Below, piece by piece: positions 39,017 to 48,495 of a stretch of DNA of 64,000 nucleotides; the first letter of the stretch is position 1, and each line of letters starts with the position of its first letter. The notes under the pieces are model-generated. The model searched no databases and was not told the origin of the DNA. It was given only the letters and a program-made list of their open reading frames with translations. The DNA comes from a plasmid. The position numbers and the translations under genes are program-made. The DNA is taken from sequence record NZ_CP104589.1. One strand, 5' to 3'.

Positions 39017-40306
39017 CTATCCATCGTGCCGCGCCCCAGCGCCGATCCCGCTAAATGCCGCCATGAAGCTATTTGAGAGGGCTTGTTTGATCGGCAGTGC
39101 CTGTACGAATCGGATGTATTTGAAGGTGGTGGCTTCAGAGTTAGGCCCATGGAGCAACGCGTCGCTGACCGTCGCAATTACAATAGCGACATCGGCACAA
39201 GCCGATAGCGCCAGACGTGCCAATTCGGTACCGAAGGTGCAGCGCGACTGATGGAAGCGGAATTTACGGAGCACCTGTAGTTCTGCTTTGACGCCCCGTT
39301 TTCGAAACTCGGACATCTCAACATTCACAGCAGATGACTGATCGGTGCCGCGCCTGCCATAGGCGTTACCAAAGCGGGTCAAGAACAGCAAATCACGATT
39401 CTCGGGCGAGGCTTTCGCCTCTCGTTCCATCCTCCGCCAGCCTTTGGCATATTCCAGCAATTCATCACGCAACGCTTCGGGTATCCAGACCTGGCCAGTC
39501 ACACCGAATTTCGTGTGCACTGGCGGAGCTGCGCCTGGACCAACTGCAAGGCGTAGAAGCCCTTCAGCGGAAGGGTCGGGGGCGGCGCGCTCCAGAGACT
39601 GAATCTTGAGATCACAGATGCTGCCGAGCCGCATCCCGGTAAAAAATCCAAGGGCCAACATGAGGTAGAGCTCGGGCGTGGCGTTCTCTGCGGCGAAATC
39701 CAGAATTGCATCGCGATCGGTCTCCGAGACTGGCAACAGCCCATCTTCAAGCGTTTGGCCTGGGCGCTTACGGTTCGGGATGCTGAGGTCGGTGGTGGTT
39801 CCGCTGATCGTTCGCTCGAACCCCACCCGGTCGAAGTATTTAACGACGTAGGGTTTTTCCCGCCACAGCTGGACGTGTGGAGAAAGAAGCTCCCTATGCC
39901 TTACCCACCGATAGAACATGATGCAATTGCGCATGTACTCAGACGCCGTGGATGGGCCGATCTGGCCGGCATCGCGCATCTTGATCAACGCCCCTCGGTA
40001 TAGCACCAGGCAGCGGTCAGCTTTGCGAGCGGGAAACTCGAACCACTGCAAATCACGAGATTCAAGAAATTTAGCGTAATTGAGAAGGCCATTCATGTTA
40101 CTGGCAACGGTCTTAAGAGAAGCGTCACCAGTCGTTGCTCGCTCCACTGCCCACAGGTTTGCCTCCCTCCAAGGTGCATAGTCTGCCCAAAAGATTTGGG
40201 GCAAGCCCTCAATGGATGGCCGGCTGCTACTGGGGGAGTATGCGACGGCGTTCTCTCTGCGCACGAGGTAATGGGGCACGAAATGAATGCGCTCTAGCGT
40301 CGCCAT
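39017..40306 (-). CDS. tyrosine recombinase (XerC/D-like integrase of the rulB-inserted element)
   Basis: 429 aa; box I R (FFTGMRLGSICDLK), HxxR (FHQSRCTFGTELAR), catalytic Y near C-term (TTFKYIRF). Confidence 0.75.
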   Translation of the reverse strand: MATLERIHFVPHYLVRRENAVAYSPSSSRPSIEGLPQIFWADYAPWREANLWAVERATTGDASLKTVASNMNGLLNYAKFLESRDLQWFEFPARKADRCLVLYRGALIKMRDAGQIGPSTASEYMRNCIMFYRWVRHRELLSPHVQLWREKPYVVKYFDRVGFERTISGTTTDLSIPNRKRPGQTLEDGLLPVSETDRDAILDFAAENATPELYLMLALGFFTGMRLGSICDLKIQSLERAAPDPSAEGLLRLAVGPGAAPPVHTKFGVTGQVWIPEALRDELLEYAKGWRRMEREAKASPENRDLLFLTRFGNAYGRRGTDQSSAVNVEMSEFRKRGVKAELQVLRKFRFHQSRCTFGTELARLALSACADVAIVIATVSDALLHGPNSEATTFKYIRFVQALPIKQALSNSFMAAFSGIGAGARHDG

Positions 40307-40318
40307 TCAACGCCCCTG

Positions 40319-40365
40319 GGACGCTTAACAATGTCCATAGATAGAACTCAATAGCTTAGGCGTCC
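40319..40365. repeat. inverted repeat at the junction of the integrase element and rulB'
   Basis: GGACGCTTAA ...27 bp... TTAGGCGTCC; the right arm supplies the stop codon terminating the truncated rulB reading frame. Confidence 0.4.
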
Positions 40366-40691
40366 GCACTATACAACTTACTCTTATCGATTGAGTAGAT
40401 GAAGATGCGCGGGCTCAGCTCCTCCAGAATGGCCATCATTCTGTTGCTGAGAGACTGATACAGCGGATAGTTGGATGAGAAAATTTTTACTCGGCCTTGG
40501 GCGGCCATCTCTCGCAGCTCGAAAACGGGCTGCCCCATCTTGATCCCGAGCGCCTTGGCGGCATCATTGCGGCTTACAACGGCGCCGTCATTGTTGCTGG
40601 CCACCACCACCGGATGATCCCTCAGCCAGGGCTCGAACAGCGTCTGCGCCGAGCAGTAGAAAGCGTTGGCGTCGACAAGGGCGATGGTCAT
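40356..40691 (-). CDS. 5' fragment of rulB/umuC (Y-family polymerase), truncated after about 112 codons
   Basis: MTIALVDANAFYCSAQTLFEPWLRDHPVVVASNNDGAVVSRNDAAKALGIKMGQP is the UmuC/DinB N-terminus; ATGA overlap with rulA stop. Confidence 0.75.
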   Translation of the reverse strand: MTIALVDANAFYCSAQTLFEPWLRDHPVVVASNNDGAVVSRNDAAKALGIKMGQPVFELREMAAQGRVKIFSSNYPLYQSLSNRMMAILEELSPRIFIYSIDKSKLYSADA

Positions 40692-41116
40692 GTCAAACCG
40701 TGCAGCACCCACATGCACACCCCCCAAACCTCCAGCTCCTCGCCATCGCCCAGCACTAACGGCGGGTACTGGTCGTTCTCAGCCACCAACATCGCCCGCC
40801 CCTCGCGGTCGTACTGCAACCGCTTGACCAAGAACTCAGCACCGATAATCGCCAGCACCACATTCCCTGGCTGGGAGCGTTGTGCCTTGTCCACCACCAG
40901 GATATCGCCGTCGAAGATGCCGGCCCCTGTCATAGAATTGCCAGAGGCCTGGAAGAGGAAAATCGAGGAGGATTTTCCCATCCCCACACGTTGATCCAGG
41001 GACAGGTCCGGCTGCTGGTAGTCAGCGGCCGGCGAGGGAAAGCCGCAGCTAGCCTGGCCGCCGAAAGCGGTCGGTGCTGGTGATGGTGAATGGATGCCGA
41101 GATAGTGAGCGCGCAT
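40688..41116 (-). CDS. RulA/UmuD-like LexA-type S24 peptidase
   Basis: 142 aa; ...FLFQASGNSMTGAGIFDGDILVVDK...VVLAIIGAEFLVKRL shows S24 Ser (GNSM) and Lys (VKRL) dyad. Confidence 0.8.
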   Translation of the reverse strand: MRAHYLGIHSPSPAPTAFGGQASCGFPSPAADYQQPDLSLDQRVGMGKSSSIFLFQASGNSMTGAGIFDGDILVVDKAQRSQPGNVVLAIIGAEFLVKRLQYDREGRAMLVAENDQYPPLVLGDGEELEVWGVCMWVLHGLT

Positions 41117-41124
41117 TGCTGATA

Positions 41125-41140
41125 CTGTCTATATATACAG
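41125..41140. promoter_or_regulatory. LexA (SOS) box upstream of rulA
   Basis: CTGTCTATATATACAG fits the CTGT-N8-ACAG consensus, 9 bp upstream of rulA start. Confidence 0.65.
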
Positions 41141-41286
41141 CACCAGTCTACCTTCTGCTGACGCATCCAGGAAGTCAGGGAGAATTTTCTTCCTGGAATT
41201 CCTTTGCCGGCGGCCTTGTTCAGGCTTGGGATTTATGGATGCGATGTGATCCTAGATCCATATCCAGCCACTAAGAAAACCACACC

Positions 41287-41496
41287 ATGTCCATGCGCCG
41301 CTTCCAGGTTAGAGACGTATCGAGTTACTTCAACAACGAGCCGACATTTGACGTTGTTTACCACGATGACGAGCACGGGGTTGTGCGGTGCTCAGACTCC
41401 GTGTGGATCTCGAATTTTGCTGCCGAGCAAGAGGCGAATCGCCTAGAGCGATCCAAGGCTGCCCCGACGCACTGGGAGGTTGTAGCCGATGCGTAA
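41287..41496 (+). CDS. hypothetical protein
   Basis: 69 aa. Confidence 0.3.
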   Translation: MSMRRFQVRDVSSYFNNEPTFDVVYHDDEHGVVRCSDSVWISNFAAEQEANRLERSKAAPTHWEVVADA

Positions 41497-41689
41497 CGCA
41501 AGTCTGAAACTGCCCGTCAAGTTTGGCCTCGGCAAACTGGATAAGCCAATGACCGAAGCCCAGGCCCGCAACTGGGGCAAAGCCAACATGCCGGCTGATC
41601 TTGCCGCCGCCGGTTTCAAGGTAGGGGTTTTTCGTTCAGACCCTGATCTACATGGTTCCGATTTCTATCGCGTCAGCTTTGGCAAATAA
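41489..41689 (+). CDS. hypothetical protein
   Basis: 66 aa, overlaps previous. Confidence 0.3.
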   Translation: MRNASLKLPVKFGLGKLDKPMTEAQARNWGKANMPADLAAAGFKVGVFRSDPDLHGSDFYRVSFGK

Positions 41690-41750
41690 CCGCTTCCGGT
41701 TTGGACTTATGCAGACTGCCCAGCGGCTGCTGGGCAATCTCGCCAGGTGA

Positions 41751-42953
41751 TCAGTTAAAGCGCCGGTGAAGATCCGGAAATACCAGCTGGGCGAACCAAA
41801 CCGGAAAAGCGGGATATAGCATCCTGGACTTAGGCGTTGGTGAGTCGATCACCCCTATCAGGATCAACTTCTTCAGCTGCTCAATCGCCTGCCGCTCGTG
41901 AAGGCCGAAGCAGGCTTTTGCATCGACCCTTGGTACCTCGCCCTGAGTGATCAGTAGGTGCAGTACCCGTGCCGCTGCCTCCGGCTTGATGCCGTTCTCA
42001 ATAAACCTTCTCTCGTAGTGAAGAATGGCGCCGAGGCGATCTCTAAGCTTTGTGATGGCCAGTGCATTCAGCGTGTATTCGATCTGGTCCTGGCACGCGC
42101 TCAGCATGAACCGCACGAACTCAATCAATCCAGCCTGCGTCAGCTGCCCACGGCCATCGAGCGGCCCTCTTCTTGGCTGATCCGCGGCTTTCAGCCACCC
42201 GTAATATTCGTCCTGGCGGCGGGCAAGGCCTCGCGATATTGACCACAAAGGCGAGGCCAGACCGAGCTTGCACAGCTGCAAATTCGTGACCATTCGGATA
42301 ACCCGGCCGTTACCGTCCTCAAAAGGGTGAACGTAGGCAAGCCGATGGTGATACGCCATGGTCGCCAGCAGCTTTGCAGATAATCCGTGCTTGGCGCCAT
42401 AGACCTGCTGCAAACGCTCAAGCATTGGCGTAACGGACTCCCAGGCGGGGGCATCGTGATGGCCAACCGTTACGTTCTGCTGGGAAACGTCGCGCAGCTG
42501 GCCAGGCACCATTAAGCGATCTTCGCTCACCCTAAGGTCATCCTCCCGAGCATCCGCAAATAGCCGCCGATGCACGGTTTTGACGAGCGGTACCGCGAAC
42601 ATATCCGACCAGGAAATATGCCGCTCAAACATGGAAAGCTTGCGCTCAAGGACTTCTTGAACCTGGATGTGGGTCAGCGCGAGCAGACCAAGCTCTTTAG
42701 CCTCCCGCCGCTTCATGCGTTGGCTCATTTCAGCAGGTTCTGTGTACTGCCCTTCAATCAGGTTGCTGTAGTAGCTGTTGGTCAGCCGCATCAGCGTCCC
42801 TAATCGTCTCGCGGTTTCGGGCGCGACAGAGCCTGCAAGCTTCCCAGCCAGGAAGGGCAAAGAGTCGGCCAGATCGCAGACATCACGGGGAAAGTCGGGC
42901 GAAGGCCAGATCGGCTCAAGCCAGTGGTTGCCCTTCACAAACTGAGTCGTCAT
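41751..42953 (-). CDS. fic: Fic/DOC-family protein
   Basis: 400 aa; canonical Fic motif HPFEDGNGRVIR. Confidence 0.85.
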   Translation of the reverse strand: MTTQFVKGNHWLEPIWPSPDFPRDVCDLADSLPFLAGKLAGSVAPETARRLGTLMRLTNSYYSNLIEGQYTEPAEMSQRMKRREAKELGLLALTHIQVQEVLERKLSMFERHISWSDMFAVPLVKTVHRRLFADAREDDLRVSEDRLMVPGQLRDVSQQNVTVGHHDAPAWESVTPMLERLQQVYGAKHGLSAKLLATMAYHHRLAYVHPFEDGNGRVIRMVTNLQLCKLGLASPLWSISRGLARRQDEYYGWLKAADQPRRGPLDGRGQLTQAGLIEFVRFMLSACQDQIEYTLNALAITKLRDRLGAILHYERRFIENGIKPEAAARVLHLLITQGEVPRVDAKACFGLHERQAIEQLKKLILIGVIDSPTPKSRMLYPAFPVWFAQLVFPDLHRRFN

Positions 42954-43138
42954 TTTTTCCCCGGTTTTTCAGATTTATTTTCACATTGCCCATCACTCGG
43001 CATGGCTAGTATAGCCTGGCTTTGCGGCTATCCTAGCCGAGCATGAGACAGCCATTTTTTCAGATTTATTTTCACTTTTTTCGGGTCATATAAACCGCCC
43101 CCACTTTACCCCTTGGGTTTCGCGCCCACTGGTGGAGC

Positions 43139-43447
43139 ATGAGCGCATCTCAATCAGGAGTCGCGCTCATGCCCTGCCCTATCTCGCAAGACATCTACGA
43201 CCGCTTTCTCGATGCCATCCTGCCCGCTGAAGAGCTGGGCGGGCCTGAAAACAAAGCCTATGCCGACTTGATGATGCGCATTGCGGGTGAATGCCTGCGA
43301 CGGGCGAATGCAATGGGCGAGGCAAATGAGTACAGCGACCTGACGGGCTTTACCGGGCCGACTCTATTTCTGGTAGAAAATTTCCGCTCGGAGCTTCAGG
43401 CGGCAGAGGGCTTTGATGTGTATTCCGAGCCTAGAACCACCCACTAA
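43139..43447 (+). CDS. hypothetical protein (operon gene 1)
   Basis: 102 aa. Confidence 0.4.
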   Translation: MSASQSGVALMPCPISQDIYDRFLDAILPAEELGGPENKAYADLMMRIAGECLRRANAMGEANEYSDLTGFTGPTLFLVENFRSELQAAEGFDVYSEPRTTH

Positions 43448-43510
43448 GGGGCTTGGGATTCCCAGCATGCATGGGAATCTGTACCTATCAAAACCAAGGA
43501 GGTTTCCCCC

Positions 43511-43996
43511 ATGACCCCGCTTCACTTCTCCCTGATCTTCACCGGTACCGTCAGCCCGAACGGCGGCGACGAGGAGGCCAACGGCATCGCCATGACTCGC
43601 GGGGAGCTGAATGCTCACCTGGAGCAGGCTGTGGCGAATATCACCGCCAACGGCTTGGTCACTGGCGATACGCCGGCCACCCTCGAAGAACACACCCATT
43701 GCGTGCGTATCACCACCGGCAAGGTGGACATGATGGCCTCTCCCATCATGTCGACGGCGCACCTCGATCAAGAAACATTCGAGCTGCTGGCTCAGTCCGG
43801 CGGCTCGCTTCCATGGGCCACGGTCGCCACCTACCCCGAGGGGTTCTTCCTCCTGCTGATGGATAACCCGGATGCCTCGATCCCGAAATGCATCGCGGAT
43901 ATTCACCAGTGGCAAAAGAGCCAAGGCCTTAACGGCTGGGTCCGCCTGGATCGCGACTGGGAATGTGTCGATGGCCTGCCGGTTTACGAGTGGTGA
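43511..43996 (+). CDS. hypothetical protein (operon gene 2)
   Basis: 161 aa; AAGGAGG SD. Confidence 0.45.
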   Translation: MTPLHFSLIFTGTVSPNGGDEEANGIAMTRGELNAHLEQAVANITANGLVTGDTPATLEEHTHCVRITTGKVDMMASPIMSTAHLDQETFELLAQSGGSLPWATVATYPEGFFLLLMDNPDASIPKCIADIHQWQKSQGLNGWVRLDRDWECVDGLPVYEW

Positions 43997-44490
43997 TGGC
44001 CATGCATTGCACCGACGCACTGAATAAAGCCCGCTCCACCACCGCTGAGCTTGCCTTCTCGGGGTATGACTTCGGCCTGCTGATCACTGACTCTGGCTCC
44101 TGGGCCGAAACCCACACCGATGACTGGGTGAGGTTTTGCTATGGGGAGGACGACCATGCAGCGGAGCGTTACCGCATCGCCCTGAATGTCCGCTTTGAAA
44201 AAGGGTCGGCCAAGCCGGTCGAGGTGTATGCCCTGGACCTCAAGTCTGGCGGGGTCATCGGCACTGCGGGTTCGGTCGATGTCCCGGCGGCAGAAGAATC
44301 TGTGGCCACCTACAACCACGCCTTCACTATCGCGTTTTCCGTGCCTGGCTCCAAGTGCCCAGACGGCGAGGACGTGACAGCAGAGCAGATGGCCGCAGCT
44401 CTGCAACTGCGGATCAAAGACCTCATGTCGAACGGTGAAGAAATGCTTGAGGCCGTTGGTGCGCCCTACGACACCTACGTGGAGCAGTGA
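43996..44490 (+). CDS. hypothetical protein (operon gene 3)
   Basis: ATG overlaps previous TGA (TGATGG). Confidence 0.45.
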   Translation: MAMHCTDALNKARSTTAELAFSGYDFGLLITDSGSWAETHTDDWVRFCYGEDDHAAERYRIALNVRFEKGSAKPVEVYALDLKSGGVIGTAGSVDVPAAEESVATYNHAFTIAFSVPGSKCPDGEDVTAEQMAAALQLRIKDLMSNGEEMLEAVGAPYDTYVEQ

Positions 44491-44750
44491 CCATGGCCAT
44501 AGAGCGCGTTAGCGGTTCACACCCGTATGTCGCCAGCTGGCAGGCTTATGGCGGGCACACGATGTATGTCGGCGTGTTCCCCTCAGAGGCGTGTGGTCAG
44601 GTGCTGCTGGCCACCGAAAGATCATCAGAAGCGGCCGGTTTCGCGACCCCAGAGGCGTGTGCTGCCGCGATAATGGCTGCCGGCTTCAAGCTGGATGGGG
44701 AGACGTGGGTCGATATCGCCCCCCTTTGCGGCCAGCTTGGCCTCTTCTAA
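44487..44750 (+). CDS. hypothetical protein (operon gene 4)
   Basis: 87 aa; start overlaps previous stop. Confidence 0.4.
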   Translation: MTMAIERVSGSHPYVASWQAYGGHTMYVGVFPSEACGQVLLATERSSEAAGFATPEACAAAIMAAGFKLDGETWVDIAPLCGQLGLF

Positions 44751-44769
44751 TCCCAGGAGAAATTTTCCC

Positions 44770-45072
44770 GTGCGATTCCTTGATGCGGTGCTGGTCCTGG
44801 CCCTTGCCGCCCGAATACATCGTACAGACCGGGCCGTCCGAGAGGTGGCCCGGGCAATCGTTAATCGTGTTGACCCACGGTACCGGCACATCGTCGAGGC
44901 CTACGTCCGCGCCAAGACGCCGTGCGCGGCCGTTGAGCAGATGGTCGCCACCCTCCCCGATTGGATTTTGAATATGAACCCAGCCCCTTGCCCGGTGCCG
45001 AGCGCCGCAGCGGCTAACACCCCGGCAGGCGGGTTCCCCAGGAAATTTTCGACAGCAGGAGCAATAACGTGA
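44770..45072 (+). CDS. hypothetical protein (operon gene 5)
   Basis: GTG start inside a copy of the GGAGAAATTTTC palindromic element. Confidence 0.35.
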   Translation: MRFLDAVLVLALAARIHRTDRAVREVARAIVNRVDPRYRHIVEAYVRAKTPCAAVEQMVATLPDWILNMNPAPCPVPSAAAANTPAGGFPRKFSTAGAIT

Positions 45073-47267
45073 ACCAGGAGATTGAAAGCCCCGTTGCCGC
45101 CAGCATCGCGCAGGAGAAATACGGCTTAACCGCCGGCACCCCGCTGCTGGATCTGGACCCCGGCGAACCGCTCAGCATGATGGAGCGATTGCTTGGCGAA
45201 GACATGCGCCGCGAGGGATTCAAGCTGGCCACCAGCGTTGAAATGTTCCTGACCAACGACCTCAACATTCCAGAGGTTTCCCAGCGTGTTTGGAGCAAGT
45301 GGTATGGCTCGCGCAGGGCGGCCGATAAGGTCGAAGCAGTTATTCGGTCATCGCAGGGGGCGCGGCAGGCAAAGTTCCTCAAGAAACTCCGGCACCTCCC
45401 CCCGCTGATGCTGCTGACGGTTGTATTTGGAAGCCGGGGCGCATGGTTGCTGATTAAGCACGGCCTGAGCAGCGAGTCGATCCATGCTATTCGCCCCGAT
45501 GCTCGGCTGCCCTTTATCACGGAGGAACTGTTCGCCAAGTACCCCCGCAAACAGCACCAAGGGCGCTCGTATCAGGCCCAAGAAAGTGGCGAGCTGGCCG
45601 CGGTAGCTCGCACCGTCGAGCTGGCCTGGCCCTTTATGGCAAAACTGCATGACCACGGGTTTTACCGTCACGCCACTGCCGAGCGCCTGGTGAGCGTCGA
45701 TGAGATTTGTAGCGTGATCGAGGCCGGCGGCGTAAGCGCTGTAGACCTTTCTCTGTTTCGCGTTTCGATAGGTCTGCTGCTGTCAAACCTGCTGCCCCGC
45801 ATTGAGGCCATGGCCGCCATCACCAGGCCCGCAGTCGCCCAGAGCTACTGCGCCGGGTTTGAGTTCGGCGGAATCAAACACGCCACATTCGACCCGAATG
45901 TTTGCTTCTGGGATCAGGTAGACGGAGAACACTTCGAGGAAACCTGCAAGCAGATAGCCCTGGAGTCGCGCATGCGCCTTGAGTTCCAGGACGATGAAAG
46001 CCGGTTCTCCGCTCAGTTCGATGATGTTTCGGCCAACATCGTGCGCGCTTCCAGCCTCGGTCGAGTCGTCGAAGCAGTGTTTTCGGAGCTGTGCTTCGAG
46101 CCTATCGGCTACGAGTTTTACTACTTGGTTCGTGACACCCTCGTTGATTGCTATGAGGCCCTCGATGACGCCCCCGAGCTGGACCTGACGCCCTTCCCCG
46201 AAGATCTGCTGGGCCGCCCCCTCAACCTGATGGACATTCAGGCACCGGATCTGGCCTTACTGGAGGTCGGTCGCCTTCGCAAGAACATCCACAGCGAGGT
46301 TATGCGCCTGACCGGCATCATTGCCGGTGACAAGGAGCGTGCCGAGCGCCTGGAGGCCATTCAGACCAAGATCAGAGAGCTGGCTGTCGAAGCCAGTCTG
46401 GCCAACATGAAGAAAATGGGGGAGCTGGCCGGCGAGGCATCCAAACTGATCGAAAGTGGCCGGGGCTGGCTGCTGGAGGTTTTCTCCCCTGCTGCGCATG
46501 AGTATGTGGCGCACTGGCACAACTTCTATGCGGCGATAGATGCTCTCCCGCGCAAGGGCCTGCCGGCGATGCAACACACCCCGCCTGATAGCGAAGACTC
46601 CCGCCCCGGCCCCGGCCATGGTGATGTGGAGATTGCCGAGCTGAAAGAGCTGCTGCACCTGGCGCAGGCCGACAACGAGCATCTTCGTCGTGAGCTGGAT
46701 GAATTGCGCGCCTCGGCCCATCGCATGCGCAGCCAGCTGGCGAACAAACAGGAAACCCAGGAAGAAAATATTCCCCTGGATTGCATGGGTGCCATTGCCC
46801 GCCTAGTAGCCCGGAAGGATTGCGGCCCAGCCGATGTGCTGAACTACTACGCCGGTACCGCACCTGATCGGCTGACAGTTCTTCCAGGCGCGTTGGCAGG
46901 TGCTCAGGCTTACCAGATCCCGTATGAGCCAACCGAGCGAATGATCGAGGTCATGGGCAAGCTCGTAGGGCCATACCTCGACGCTCTGCGCAGCGGTCAA
47001 CCCGACACCCTGGCTCGCAACGTCCTGGGCGGCAAAACCTATGCGGCCAAGGAGTCCGAAACCACCTTGGCAACATCGCGCTTCAGGGCTATGCGTGAGT
47101 TTGAGTACAAGGGCGAGAAACGCCTGTTTGTCCAGCACCTGAGGATCAGCAATGAGGTCGGCGCCAAAGGCATGCGGATCTACTTTGGCGTGGATGGTGA
47201 TGGGCAGGACAAGCGCATTATCGTGGCCTATGTCGGTCCGCATATGGGGGTGCCCAGCAGCAACTGA
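45069..47267 (+). CDS. large hypothetical protein, 732 aa (operon gene 6)
   Basis: ATGA overlap with gene 5; coiled-coil-like central region; no NTPase motifs seen. Confidence 0.5.
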   Translation: MNQEIESPVAASIAQEKYGLTAGTPLLDLDPGEPLSMMERLLGEDMRREGFKLATSVEMFLTNDLNIPEVSQRVWSKWYGSRRAADKVEAVIRSSQGARQAKFLKKLRHLPPLMLLTVVFGSRGAWLLIKHGLSSESIHAIRPDARLPFITEELFAKYPRKQHQGRSYQAQESGELAAVARTVELAWPFMAKLHDHGFYRHATAERLVSVDEICSVIEAGGVSAVDLSLFRVSIGLLLSNLLPRIEAMAAITRPAVAQSYCAGFEFGGIKHATFDPNVCFWDQVDGEHFEETCKQIALESRMRLEFQDDESRFSAQFDDVSANIVRASSLGRVVEAVFSELCFEPIGYEFYYLVRDTLVDCYEALDDAPELDLTPFPEDLLGRPLNLMDIQAPDLALLEVGRLRKNIHSEVMRLTGIIAGDKERAERLEAIQTKIRELAVEASLANMKKMGELAGEASKLIESGRGWLLEVFSPAAHEYVAHWHNFYAAIDALPRKGLPAMQHTPPDSEDSRPGPGHGDVEIAELKELLHLAQADNEHLRRELDELRASAHRMRSQLANKQETQEENIPLDCMGAIARLVARKDCGPADVLNYYAGTAPDRLTVLPGALAGAQAYQIPYEPTERMIEVMGKLVGPYLDALRSGQPDTLARNVLGGKTYAAKESETTLATSRFRAMREFEYKGEKRLFVQHLRISNEVGAKGMRIYFGVDGDGQDKRIIVAYVGPHMGVPSSN

Positions 47268-47321
47268 TCCACTTGGGATTGGCGGGGCGGACGGTAGGGT
47301 GTTACAAAACAGGAGACACCC

Positions 47322-47717
47322 ATGGATAGCCGCACACTGCACCGCCTCGCCACCAATCCCAAGGCCCTGATGGAATTCCGTGCCAGCGGTCGTCTGCCGG
47401 CCGAAAATCAGCCCTCCAGCCCTCTTATCACCCTATTGCAGTCCCTGCAGCCTCGGGAGCGCCTCAGAATCGCCGCTGTGACGATTTCGCTCCCTCTGGG
47501 TTATACCGGTTCAAGAATCTTCAAAAACGCTCAGCAGGCGCTCAATTGGCTCCTTCCTGCCGGCTCGCCCCGCAATGTCCCAAGTCAATCTTGGCAGGAC
47601 AAGCGATTCCGGCGTCCGCTGACCGTTGATGACCTGGGCCAGCACGCCACGGTGCCGGCCGATGTGGCAGAGGCGTGGTGGCGCCGCCACCCTCACCTGC
47701 GCCGGCCTCAGCCGTGA
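47322..47717 (+). CDS. hypothetical protein (operon gene 7)
   Basis: 131 aa. Confidence 0.4.
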   Translation: MDSRTLHRLATNPKALMEFRASGRLPAENQPSSPLITLLQSLQPRERLRIAAVTISLPLGYTGSRIFKNAQQALNWLLPAGSPRNVPSQSWQDKRFRRPLTVDDLGQHATVPADVAEAWWRRHPHLRRPQP

Positions 47718-48106
47718 GTGTTGCGCAGACGCGCCTGCAGGCACTGTTGGACCCACTTGCCAAGTCTCCAGTCGAGTGCGACGGAATGACTCGGCTGGTG
47801 GCCACCGTGCTTGCTGAAAACGGTATTGCCTACCAGGGCTACTGCGGTCGAATTACCGTTGGAAATCGCACGATGTCCCCGCACCTCTGGATCGAGGTCG
47901 GTCCTTGGCGCATCGACTACCGGTCGAAAATGTGGTTTCCAGGCGAAAACGGCATCCAAGAAGGCGTTTTCCTGGCAAACCAGGGCGAAATTACCCGCGG
48001 CAACGGTACCGATACCCGCTATGACGGTATCGCCGTCGATATCGCTCCGCTGCCCCGCTTTCTGTTCGACGTGCTGCAGGTACCAATTGTGCTGCAAAAC
48101 CCCTGA
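47675..48106 (+). CDS. hypothetical protein (operon gene 8); alternative GTG start at 47714
   Basis: 143 aa, overlaps gene 7 end. Confidence 0.4.
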   Translation: MVAPPPSPAPASAVSVAQTRLQALLDPLAKSPVECDGMTRLVATVLAENGIAYQGYCGRITVGNRTMSPHLWIEVGPWRIDYRSKMWFPGENGIQEGVFLANQGEITRGNGTDTRYDGIAVDIAPLPRFLFDVLQVPIVLQNP

Positions 48107-48495
48107 TCGCTTGGGTTTTAGCGAGCCAGGGGCAAGCTAGCTCGGCATTGGTTGCGGTTGCGCTTGCTATCAGTTCGCTGCTGCGCCGCAGATCCATCTG
48201 ACCGACTGCATGCTCAATGAAACCTCTCCCCTGGATGGGGGCTTTTGACTGTTCGTATAGGCGGTGTGATGTTGTGGGTTGCCCCTTGCTCGCGAATTTG
48301 CGCTATGAGCGATTGCCAGCTTTGCTTAGGGGACTTCCCGTTTGCGGCAGCGGTTTTGATCGCTGCCGCTTTCTCATCGAATCGGTTTTCCACAACCAGT
48401 TTTCGCTTTTAAAGCTTTTTAGATATTTTTTTACTTGTTTTTTCTTGTTTTTAGGAGGCTACAAGCCCCGTGGCACTAGGGCTGTAGAGGATCAT

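Larger units (their letters stand above)
35958..39024 (-). pseudogene. large tyrosine-recombinase-like gene interrupted by an IS256-family insertion
   Basis: Minus-strand frame starting MDSSEFDL at 39024 (2 nt after upstream int stop) runs to 38793. After removing the IS and one copy of the 8-bp TSD it continues in frame into the 35958-37451 ORF (about 576 aa total). Confidence 0.5.
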
